56,790 nucleotides of DNA. Origin: an uncultured Veillonellaceae bacterium (GTDB taxonomy: Bacteria; Bacillota; Negativicutes; UBA1444). The notes beneath the pieces were generated by a model. That model saw only the letters and a program-made list of their open reading frames with translations. It had not been told where the DNA came from and did not search any database. The translations under genes and the position numbers were made by a program. Positions 45,947 through 53,885 of this stretch are shown here, one piece after another. How positions within the stretch are numbered: the stretch's first letter is position 1; each line of letters begins with the position of its first letter. Where the stretch lies: positions 1-56,790 of the forward strand of contig CAYLSL010000001.1 in assembly GCA_964386615.1 (NCBI GenBank). The letters run 5' to 3'.

Positions 45947-46342
45947 TTATGCTTCCACCTTAATTTCCTGGCAACTTTCCCAAAAACCATGGATATTACA
46001 GTAGGCGACAGCCAATAAGGTTCCGGATCCCATCAGTTTCAACCCGACATTGACAACGGGCTCCGATAATACCGGTCCTTTGTTGGCGCCATCAACTGAT
46101 TCTGCATGGGCGCTGAAATCGTAGCTGCCCACTTCGTAAGCAAACTTGCCGGCCTCCGGCTTGAAATAAAGTTTGATCGAGCGAATGTGGTGTTCAGTCG
46201 TGTTCGGGTGCGCGATTTCTTTACCGACGGACAGTTCCACGACAAATTTTTCGCCCGCTTTTACCGAAGCTGGCGCCACAATGACCGGAACATGCTTTTC
46301 GGCTTTCCAATCTGCGGTTTGAATTACTTCTGCAAATTTCAT
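45947..46342 (-). CDS. Superoxide reductase (1Fe neelaredoxin/desulfoferrodoxin family)
   Basis: Motifs EKHVP, HPNTTEHHIRSI and CNIHGFWES. ATG at 46342 follows AAGGAGG. Confidence 0.85.
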   Translation of the reverse strand: MKFAEVIQTADWKAEKHVPVIVAPASVKAGEKFVVELSVGKEIAHPNTTEHHIRSIKLYFKPEAGKFAYEVGSYDFSAHAESVDGANKGPVLSEPVVNVGLKLMGSGTLLAVAYCNIHGFWESCQEIKVEA

Positions 46343-46441
46343 ACTGTTGCCTCCTTTTACTCTTTCGGTCATATTGTTGTTTCAATAAATTGACCAGATA
46401 GGAAAGTATTCCGCAACGTTCGTGAAAATTCCTGCCGGAAA

Positions 46442-47611
46442 TTAATTCTCTTCTACTATTTTGTTTCGCATCCCTGGAACAGCCCATTTAAAAATCTTAA
46501 TCCTCAGGGTGCGGATATCCTTGAGGTCCAGATCAGTCCATTCTTCTGGCTGTAACGGTTGAACCGGCATCAGTTTTAAAAATTCATCGCATTCATATAC
46601 TGCCGACAATCCCTGTACGGCCATCAATGCCGTTGATGCCCGTTGTACCTGTTCCAGCCGGGAACGGTCCAGTTGCATCGTCATCAAACACTCATCTTGT
46701 TTTCCTTCTTTGCTTATGCCGTTGACATATAACCGATCCACAACTGGAATACGGGAAAACAACACCGAACTGACCTGCATCAAAATACCGGCGCACAATT
46801 CCGCATACTGTTTATTAATTTCCAGCGAATCTTTTTTCTCGTATTGAATGCGGCCGGCTTCAGTTAATGAGGATCGTTCTGACGGTATCAACACTTTCGG
46901 CGGCAACCAGACTTTGATCACAAAAATGCGGCCACGCAAATTGATATCCATATCCAACGGGAATGGCAGCGCGATTTGCGGCATAAACTGATCCAACGTC
47001 AAAATAACGGCAGGCTCATCGCCATTCATCAAGCGAACATAAAATGAAACCCGATCTTCTTCCGCTGCATCATGCAGACGCCGTTGTTCCTCGATGGCCG
47101 ATTCTTGCGCCTGCAATTTGCTTTCGATCTCCAGCCGGGTATCTCGCTCAATTTTTGCCAATATCCTTGTCCGGTCCTGAAAGGTTTTGTATTGCAAAAA
47201 ACCAACTGCCGTGAGAAGCACGGCGACCAGCACAAAGGTCAGCAAATACGGCAGCACCGCAGCGCACAAAAGCAAGGCTACCATTCCAGCCCATTGTCGC
47301 GTAATGGGCTGGCGGAATTTTTTCTCTGCCGCCAACAGTCGTTCCGGCAACAGGGATTGATACTCCTGGCGGGGCGGTTCCCTGAACGGTTCTTTTACTA
47401 AAAATCGGACATAATCGACCGGATCATAGCTAAATTTACTTACATAGGCCAGTGCCTTTTCCACCGATTCGTTATGCTGATGCTCCGCCAACCAACGGTC
47501 TCTTTGCTCGTTTTGGCGGTAGTAGCGATCGCCGGCATATTCCTTGGCCACGCCGCTATGAACGGTATATTGTTCTTTGGCAGGCATACCGGAACCTGAA
47601 CTTTTCACCAT
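46442..47611 (-). CDS. Hypothetical membrane-anchored protein (N-terminal soluble region, hydrophobic segment, coiled coil, C-terminal domain of about 190 aa)
   Basis: Long ORF with AAGGAGG 7 nt before ATG at 47611. Hydrophobic segment WAGMVALLLCAAVLPYLLTFVLVAVLLTAVGFL. I recognise no family motif. Confidence 0.6.
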   Translation of the reverse strand: MVKSSGSGMPAKEQYTVHSGVAKEYAGDRYYRQNEQRDRWLAEHQHNESVEKALAYVSKFSYDPVDYVRFLVKEPFREPPRQEYQSLLPERLLAAEKKFRQPITRQWAGMVALLLCAAVLPYLLTFVLVAVLLTAVGFLQYKTFQDRTRILAKIERDTRLEIESKLQAQESAIEEQRRLHDAAEEDRVSFYVRLMNGDEPAVILTLDQFMPQIALPFPLDMDINLRGRIFVIKVWLPPKVLIPSERSSLTEAGRIQYEKKDSLEINKQYAELCAGILMQVSSVLFSRIPVVDRLYVNGISKEGKQDECLMTMQLDRSRLEQVQRASTALMAVQGLSAVYECDEFLKLMPVQPLQPEEWTDLDLKDIRTLRIKIFKWAVPGMRNKIVEEN

Positions 47612-47757
47612 GGGACTACCTCCTTGAGTACAATCGAATCTCACGAACACAAGCGGATATTTCCCCGATGATACGAGAGTTTTTACTTTACCTTTGTTAT
47701 TACTATATCATCTGCCTCATTATCAGGGCAACTCAAACAACGGGTTGAATCCACTTA

Positions 47758-47766
47758 TGATATAAT
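47758..47766 (+). promoter_or_regulatory. Extended -10 element (TGaTATAAT) upstream of the aldolase gene
   Basis: TG at 47758..47759 and TATAAT at 47761..47766. There is no clear -35. Confidence 0.4.
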
Positions 47767-47806
47767 GAAACACGAAATCTTGAAAATATTTGGGGAGGGA
47801 TTTACT

Positions 47807-48736
47807 ATGCCATTGGTCACTTCAACCGAGTTGTTCAGAAAAGCGTATGCCGGAAACTATGCAGTCGGAGCGTTCAACGTCAATAATATGGAGATCATCC
47901 AGGGAATCGTGGACGCCGCCAAGGAAGAAAACGCACCGCTGATTTTGCAAGTTTCGGCGGGCGCCAGAAAATATGCCAAACATATATACCTGATGAAATT
48001 GGTGGAAGCAGCCGTAGAAGATTCCGGCCTGCCAATCTGTCTGCACCTTGATCACGGCGAAGATTTCGAAGTTTGCAAATCCTGTGTGGATGGCGGCTTC
48101 ACTTCGGTCATGATCGACGGTTCCAAACATTCTTTCGAAGAAAATATTGCTCTGACCAAACAGGTCGTTGAATACGCCCATGCCCGTGGCGTAGTGGTTG
48201 AAGCGGAACTGGGCCGCCTGGCTGGCGTTGAGGATGCCGTCAAAGTAAATTCCAAAGATGCAACGTATACTGATCCGGATCAGGCAGTCGAGTTCGTTGA
48301 ACGGACCGGTGTCGACTCACTCGCCATCGCCATAGGTACCAGTCATGGCGCCTATAAATTCAAAGGGGATCCCTCCCTCGATTTTGTCAGGCTTGAAAAA
48401 ATCTCATCCTTGCTGCCAAACTTCCCGTTGGTCTTGCATGGCGCCTCCACCGTGTTACCCGAATTTGTTGCCAAATGCAACCAATACGGCGGTAAAATCG
48501 ATGGAGCGCAAGGAGTCCCGGAAGATATGCTGTTAAGAGCCGGCAAGTCGGGGGTCTGCAAAATCAACATCGATACCGATCTGCGGTTGGCGCTCACCGC
48601 TGCTATCCGTGAACATCTGGCCCTCCATCCGGGAGATTTTGATCCGCGTCAATATCTCAAACCTGCCCGCGATGCAATTAAAGGCATGGTGCAGCACAAG
48701 ATCAAAAATGTCCTGAACTGTAGCGGCAGAGCTTAA
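47807..48736 (+). CDS. fba: Class II fructose-1,6-bisphosphate aldolase
   Basis: MPLVTSTELFRKAYAGNYAVGAFNVNNME, LHLDHG and GTSHGAYKF. ATG at 47807 follows GGGGAGGG. Confidence 0.9.
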   Translation: MPLVTSTELFRKAYAGNYAVGAFNVNNMEIIQGIVDAAKEENAPLILQVSAGARKYAKHIYLMKLVEAAVEDSGLPICLHLDHGEDFEVCKSCVDGGFTSVMIDGSKHSFEENIALTKQVVEYAHARGVVVEAELGRLAGVEDAVKVNSKDATYTDPDQAVEFVERTGVDSLAIAIGTSHGAYKFKGDPSLDFVRLEKISSLLPNFPLVLHGASTVLPEFVAKCNQYGGKIDGAQGVPEDMLLRAGKSGVCKINIDTDLRLALTAAIREHLALHPGDFDPRQYLKPARDAIKGMVQHKIKNVLNCSGRA

Positions 48737-48748
48737 TTATCAATAATA

Positions 48749-48786
48749 AAACCGGATGTGGCTATGCTCATGTCCGGTTTTTTGTT
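48749..48786 (+). terminator. Rho-independent terminator after fba
   Basis: ccggaugug - 8-nt loop - cauguccgg (including two G-U pairs), followed by TTTTTTGTTT. Confidence 0.7.
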
Positions 48787-48957
48787 TCAGCCCGTTTCTC
48801 TGCAGCCTGTCACACAACGATGCCAGTCCCCTTTGCGTTCGATTTCTCAAATGCCGGCTTTCCCATAACCGGCTGCCAATAATTACTGCGCAATTATTTT
48901 TGCAATTTTTTCGCAATACAGCAGGATTTTATGGGGTGTTTGTGTAAAATACTATGG

Positions 48958-48977
48958 TAGGTTCGTTTAGGTTCGTT
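48958..48977 (+). repeat. Perfect tandem 10-bp direct repeat (taggttcgtt x2) in the TRAP operon leader
   Basis: Read directly from the sequence. It lies just downstream of an extended -10-like TGTGTAAAAT (48941..48950). Confidence 0.8.
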
Positions 48978-49021
48978 AAGTCCCGAACTGTGTCGAAAAA
49001 AAACTGAAAGGAGCTTCTATT

Positions 49022-49522
49022 TTGACGGGTTGGAAAAAGGCTTTACTGGCAGTGGACTCATTTGTCGAATCTTTTTGTCTGCTTAGCATGTTAACGATGG
49101 TCCTCATCGTTTCTGTGCAAGTCATTACGCGGAAAATGTTCAACTTCGTTTTTTTCTGGTCGGAAGAGGTCACTTTATTGTTGCTGGCTTGGTTTGCGTT
49201 TATGGGCATCGCCATTGGTTGCCGTGAAAACTTGCACCTTGCTATGGATGTGATGGAGTCTTTCGCCTCCAAGAACGTTTTAAAGTGGCTGGATAAACTA
49301 ATCCAAATTACTACATTTGTTTTTGGCATCTACCTCATCCTGTACGGTTGGGAGTTTACATCGCTAATGAGCGAATCCACCCTCCCCGCAACAAAAATGC
49401 CCAACAGTGTGCTCTATGTAGTCATGCCCTTGACTGGAGTAATGGTTTGCGCTTACTCACTGCTTCAGTTGTTTGGCATTGATACCCGGCGCCACAAAAA
49501 CCTGGGGGGAGGACTCGAATAA
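49022..49522 (+). CDS. TRAP transporter small permease (DctQ-like)
   Basis: 166 aa with four hydrophobic helices, located immediately upstream of the DctM-like gene. TTG start after AAAGGAG. Confidence 0.8.
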   Translation: MTGWKKALLAVDSFVESFCLLSMLTMVLIVSVQVITRKMFNFVFFWSEEVTLLLLAWFAFMGIAIGCRENLHLAMDVMESFASKNVLKWLDKLIQITTFVFGIYLILYGWEFTSLMSESTLPATKMPNSVLYVVMPLTGVMVCAYSLLQLFGIDTRRHKNLGGGLE

Positions 49523-50814
49523 TGCCTGATCAAACTACCGCCAGCTGGATTCTGGGATTCAGCTTCGTAATTCTACTGATTCTTCGCTTCCCAGTAGCAC
49601 TCACGCTTGTTGGTTCAACCGTGATCACGTTATGGTACCTTGACCTGCCGTTAATTGTTGCATCGCAGCAAATGATTCAGGGGATAACCAATTATTCATT
49701 GCTGGCGATTCCGTTTTTCATTCTCACCGGACAAATCTTGCAAGAAGGCGGACTGGCACATCGCATTGTTGCAATGACCAATGTTTTTGTCGGTCGTATC
49801 CGTGGTGGGCTGGCACTTGCCAATAGCGTCGCCTGCATGATTTTTGGCGGCATGTCCGGGTCAGCTGTTGCTGATGCCTCCGCCGTTGGTTCCGTAATGA
49901 TCCCGATGATGGTAGAAAAGGGTTATGACCCCGATTACGCAGTCGGAGTTACCATTTCTTCAGCCATCCAGGGTGTCATTGTCCCTCCCAGTCATAACAT
50001 GGTTTTATACTCTATTGTTGCTGGCGGAGTTTCGGTTGGCAGCATGTTTCTGGCCGGCATGTTTCCTGGCTTGATTATGTTGGCGTCCCTAATGATCACA
50101 GGGTATCTAATCGGCATAAAGCGCGGTTACGGTTATGGCGAAGCTGTGATCAAAAAGCAAATCCCCAGCATCCTGATCCATGGAATGCTATCATTCACTC
50201 CGGCTGTAATCATCGTCAGCGCGATCATTTCGGGTTGGGCCACTGCTACAGAGGCTGGAGCAATTGCCGCAGTTTACGCCTTCATTTTAGCGTTCCTGGC
50301 TTATCGGGAAGCGCCACTGAAAAACATCTGGGGCGTGCTAATCCGAACCTTCCGTACCGTTCTGATGGTATTTTTCCTGATTGCCGCCTCGCAGGCATTC
50401 GGCTGGGTCATGGCCTACCTCCACCTGCCTGACATTATCACCGACTGGTTTCTTGGCGTATCCGACCAACCCTGGATCATTCTGCTGATGATCAATGTTC
50501 TGTTGCTGCTACTAGGCGGTCCGATGGATATGGCGCCGATGATTCTGATCCTGACACCGATTCTGCTGCCTGTTTGCGTCAAGCTCGGTATGGATCCGAT
50601 CCAGTTTGGCATTATCATGATTTTCAATTCTGGCATGGGCCTATTGACGCCGCCGGTCGGCACGGTATTATTCGTAGGCTGCGCCATCGGCAAAGTTTCG
50701 GTGGAAGCGGGAACCAAAGCTATGTTGCCATTCTTTTACGCCATGTTTGTTGTCCTTATGGCTATCACCTATATCCCGGCGATTACGATGTGGTTGCCCA
50801 AGATGTTCATGTAA
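49522..50814 (+). CDS. TRAP transporter large permease (DctM-like)
   Basis: 430-aa polytopic protein with LLAIPFFILTG and GG.SGSAVAD motifs. Confidence 0.9.
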   Translation: MPDQTTASWILGFSFVILLILRFPVALTLVGSTVITLWYLDLPLIVASQQMIQGITNYSLLAIPFFILTGQILQEGGLAHRIVAMTNVFVGRIRGGLALANSVACMIFGGMSGSAVADASAVGSVMIPMMVEKGYDPDYAVGVTISSAIQGVIVPPSHNMVLYSIVAGGVSVGSMFLAGMFPGLIMLASLMITGYLIGIKRGYGYGEAVIKKQIPSILIHGMLSFTPAVIIVSAIISGWATATEAGAIAAVYAFILAFLAYREAPLKNIWGVLIRTFRTVLMVFFLIAASQAFGWVMAYLHLPDIITDWFLGVSDQPWIILLMINVLLLLLGGPMDMAPMILILTPILLPVCVKLGMDPIQFGIIMIFNSGMGLLTPPVGTVLFVGCAIGKVSVEAGTKAMLPFFYAMFVVLMAITYIPAITMWLPKMFM

Positions 50815-50889
50815 GCCCCAATGAAACAGGGAGTTTTTCCTTTCGGGGAAATTGAGACTTCAAGACAAAATAACAAGGAGGTCAAATTC

Positions 50890-51912
50890 ATGAGTAAACA
50901 TCGTTCCCTTGCACTCCTGGTCGTTGCCCTGTTTGCCCTTTCCCTGCTTGCTGCCGGTTGCGGCGGCGACAAAAAGCCCGCTACCCCTGCTGCTCCTGCA
51001 GCGGCGGCTCCCATCGTTCTCAAACTTGCTGAAACCCATCCACCTGATTACCCCACCACGCTGGGTGACAAAAAATTTGCCGAACTGGTTACTGAACGTT
51101 CCAAAGGCCGCATTAAGGTTGAAGTGTATCCTTCCTCGCAATTAGGTGAAGAAAAAGCTGCCATCGAGCAAGTTCAACTCGGCGCGTTGGCCTTCACCCG
51201 CGTAAGCTCCGGTCCGCTTGCCGAATTCAACAAGCCGCTCGGCGTCTTCTCGTTGCCGTACATCTTTGACTCCTCCGAACACATGTGGAAATTCCTTGAA
51301 GGCCCGGATGGCCAGAAAATGCTGGATGGACTGCAGTCGGCCAAATTCGTCGGACTGTGCTATTATGATCCAGGCGCCCGCAGTTTCTATTCCACAAAAC
51401 CGATTAAGGAACTGGCTGACCTCAAAGGGTTGAAATTCCGCGTTATCCAGAACAAGATCAACATGGACATGGTTGCCGCGGTTGGCGCCAGCGCCACTCC
51501 GATGCCTTATGGACAAGTGTTCAGCGCATTGCAGACCGGTGTTATCGACGGTGCGGAAAACAATGCCCCCAGCTATCTGACCTCCAACCATTATCAAATC
51601 GCCAAATTCTATCTGCTTGACATGCATCAACGCGTTCCCGAAGTTCTGGTCATGAGCAAAGTTGTCTGGGACAAACTGTCGCCCGATGATCAAAAACTGG
51701 TTAAACAAGCCGCTATCGATTCAGTCAAAACTCAGCGCGAACTGTGGAACAAATTTGAAAAAGAAGCGATGGATAAAGTGAAAGCAGCCGGATCCACCGT
51801 TACCGAAGTAAAAGATGTAAAACCCTGGCAAGCAGCTGTTAAACCCGTCATCGACAAATATCGCGCGGATTACAAAGAAGCACTCGAAGCAATCGACAAA
51901 GCCCGCAAATAA
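50890..51912 (+). CDS. TRAP transporter substrate-binding lipoprotein (DctP family)
   Basis: Lipobox LLAAGCGG. DctP-like body (LKLAETHP, FRVIQN). ATG at 50890 follows AAGGAGG. Confidence 0.85.
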   Translation: MSKHRSLALLVVALFALSLLAAGCGGDKKPATPAAPAAAAPIVLKLAETHPPDYPTTLGDKKFAELVTERSKGRIKVEVYPSSQLGEEKAAIEQVQLGALAFTRVSSGPLAEFNKPLGVFSLPYIFDSSEHMWKFLEGPDGQKMLDGLQSAKFVGLCYYDPGARSFYSTKPIKELADLKGLKFRVIQNKINMDMVAAVGASATPMPYGQVFSALQTGVIDGAENNAPSYLTSNHYQIAKFYLLDMHQRVPEVLVMSKVVWDKLSPDDQKLVKQAAIDSVKTQRELWNKFEKEAMDKVKAAGSTVTEVKDVKPWQAAVKPVIDKYRADYKEALEAIDKARK

Positions 51913-51932
51913 AACATCGTCTTTTCTCGAAT

Positions 51933-51980
51933 AAAGGGAGAGTATCGCATTACTATGTGATACTCTCCCTTTTCCTGTTG
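51933..51980 (+). terminator. Hairpin terminator after the TRAP operon
   Basis: aaagggagagtatc - 12-nt loop - gatactctcccttt. The T tract that follows is imperfect (ttcctgtt). Confidence 0.6.
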
Positions 51981-52105
51981 CCGGGCAGGAATTTGTTCGT
52001 TGCGACAGAATATATGAAGTAACAGAAATATAGCTTAGCAGGGGATTATGAACTTGTCAGCAAGCACCATCCCCTGCTGGAAAAATGCAAGAAGGAAGGT
52101 TCATC

Positions 52106-52678
52106 ATGCAGAAATCACTACAAACCCTCTTATCATTTTTGTTTAGCGCCCTACTTATATTCTCTTCTCCATTGGCCGCAGAAGCTGCTGCCAACCCCAT
52201 TACGCCGACCACCGCCCCGTCAACCATCGTGGTAACCCCGACAACTCCACCGGCCTCTTACCTGCAAGCCGTAAAAACATTACAGCAGAACAAATATGGT
52301 GAGAATGAAATCAAAAGTTTTGTCTATCAGGTCTTCTCCCTATTTGACCGACATGCAGAGCTCAGTCAACTATTGCTGCTATTTGCCGAAGATGTCAATA
52401 TGGTCGTGCCGGAAGCAAAAATCACTTCACACCAGGAGTTTGAAAAATGGTACAAGGATGTTGGCGCACGGTACCAATCCAATATTCACACCATAGAGCG
52501 AATTGACGTGCAGATTCCTGCAAAAGGGGATTACAGAGTCGATTTAATCGTAAATTGGCAAGCCATGGGCATCGACGGAAAATACACTGCATTCAAAGCC
52601 CGCCAACAATGGAAGATCGTCGATGGCGGTGGCTACTGGCCGCGAATTGTCAGTTATGTTGTCGAACCTGCCCACTAA
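52106..52678 (+). CDS. Secreted hypothetical protein with an NTF2/SnoaL-like C-terminal domain
   Basis: Signal peptide LLSFLFSALLIFSSPLAAEA and a Pro/Thr linker. The C-terminal pattern is consistent with an NTF2-like fold, but this is a weak call. Confidence 0.55.
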   Translation: MQKSLQTLLSFLFSALLIFSSPLAAEAAANPITPTTAPSTIVVTPTTPPASYLQAVKTLQQNKYGENEIKSFVYQVFSLFDRHAELSQLLLLFAEDVNMVVPEAKITSHQEFEKWYKDVGARYQSNIHTIERIDVQIPAKGDYRVDLIVNWQAMGIDGKYTAFKARQQWKIVDGGGYWPRIVSYVVEPAH

Positions 52679-52730
52679 ATAACCGACTACGACAAGAACA
52701 TCGTCAGCCGATCCCCAAAAATCCGATGAT

Positions 52731-52778
52731 AAAAGTGCGCAAACACTTTACATTTCTCTAAAGTGTTTGCGCACTTTT
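52731..52778. terminator. Perfect 20-bp-stem hairpin between convergent genes (bidirectional terminator candidate)
   Basis: aaaagtgcgcaaacacttta-catttctc-taaagtgtttgcgcactttt. Confidence 0.7.
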
Positions 52779-52812
52779 ATCCAGAAGAGTGGAATTCTCG
52801 TCGCATAGATCT

Positions 52813-53277
52813 TTACGCTTGTTGGTTTGTCTCAATCTTATGCCGTGCTTGCCCCTGCGCGATTACGGTTCGCCAGTTGCCACTTACAATCGGTTCTCCC
52901 GCTGCCCAACAGCGAGCTTCTGCTTGGGGAGGGCAAAGATAAACCCAGGCATTTGCCTCGCCTCCCTGTTGGTCCGTAACGGCAACCAGACAACGTTCAT
53001 AGTAATTCCGGGGATCGCCCGGCCCGACAAATCCTTCCAGCGGATCAAGCAAGGCAAGAGCAGTTGCCGCATCCGTCAGATATACCAATTCACCATGAAC
53101 GATTTCATCCCCGGAAAACAGCATTGGATACCCTTCGCCTGTCAACTCCAACAAACGTCCTCGCACCGTTGCCGGATTGACCGTTTTCACGTAGGGAGCA
53201 AGCAGGAAATGATTCTCCATTCCCTGCATCAAACTTCCATAAACAAAAATTTTGTCGATGTATTGTTCGTTTTGCAC
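52813..53277 (-). CDS. Gamma-glutamylcyclotransferase (AIG2/GGACT-like) family protein
   Basis: IFVYGSLMQG motif. The GTG at 53277 lies 6 nt after GGGAGGC. The track start at 53310 adds an unlikely hydrophobic extension. Confidence 0.7.
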   Translation of the reverse strand: MQNEQYIDKIFVYGSLMQGMENHFLLAPYVKTVNPATVRGRLLELTGEGYPMLFSGDEIVHGELVYLTDAATALALLDPLEGFVGPGDPRNYYERCLVAVTDQQGGEANAWVYLCPPQAEARCWAAGEPIVSGNWRTVIAQGQARHKIETNQQA

Positions 53278-53385
53278 GAGTAGGCCTCCCCAAAATAAAA
53301 AGAAGCACAATTGAATAAAGCTGCCAATTATTTATGACAGCTTCTAACTCATCCTGTTTTCTCCATTGCTTAATGCCGGCTAAAT

Positions 53386-53694
53386 TCAGTTGATTCGTTC
53401 GCGATTTTTTTGTTCCATAAAAACTTGAAATTCATCCAATAATTTATTGTGAGACAGAAATTCAAATAAATATTTTGTCATCGTCCGGGCTTCCAATAAG
53501 TGTCCTTCGATTTCATCCAAACTTTGACTTATTTCTTCACATTCCTGACTAGCTTCAACAAAACTCTGCATGGCCATAGGAAACAACTGCCGAACAACAT
53601 CTTCGGCATTCAGCTCGCCCCGGTTCATCCGCCGGACAATTTCATCCATCTTCAGCGATAGTTCATGGGTCTTGCTGATCGTCCGACTCATCAT
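53386..53694 (-). CDS. Hypothetical small helical acidic protein (102 aa)
   Basis: ORF only. I recognise no motif. It lies divergent to fdhA. Confidence 0.45.
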   Translation of the reverse strand: MMSRTISKTHELSLKMDEIVRRMNRGELNAEDVVRQLFPMAMQSFVEASQECEEISQSLDEIEGHLLEARTMTKYLFEFLSHNKLLDEFQVFMEQKNRERIN

Positions 53695-53885
53695 TTCTCC
53701 TATTCGCTTTCACTGGGAAAGCAGCACTTTCTTTCGCATTGACACAACTTTGCTTTGACATAATAATTCGACATTCCCCTTTGATAATTCCTGCAAAATC
53801 AAACGAGAAAAAGAATATTTCGCGCCAGACAGGAACCGAACAATTGGCAACGAATATGATAATATCAGCTCCAAGGAGGTGTCGT

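Noticed and set aside
53739-53885. Upstream ATG starts (53739, 53856) for fdhA
   Set aside because: They add a non-conserved, partly hydrophobic leader. The GTG at 53886 lies 6 nt after AAGGAGG and gives the expected start just before the 2Fe-2S domain. The upstream starts are kept only as alternatives.
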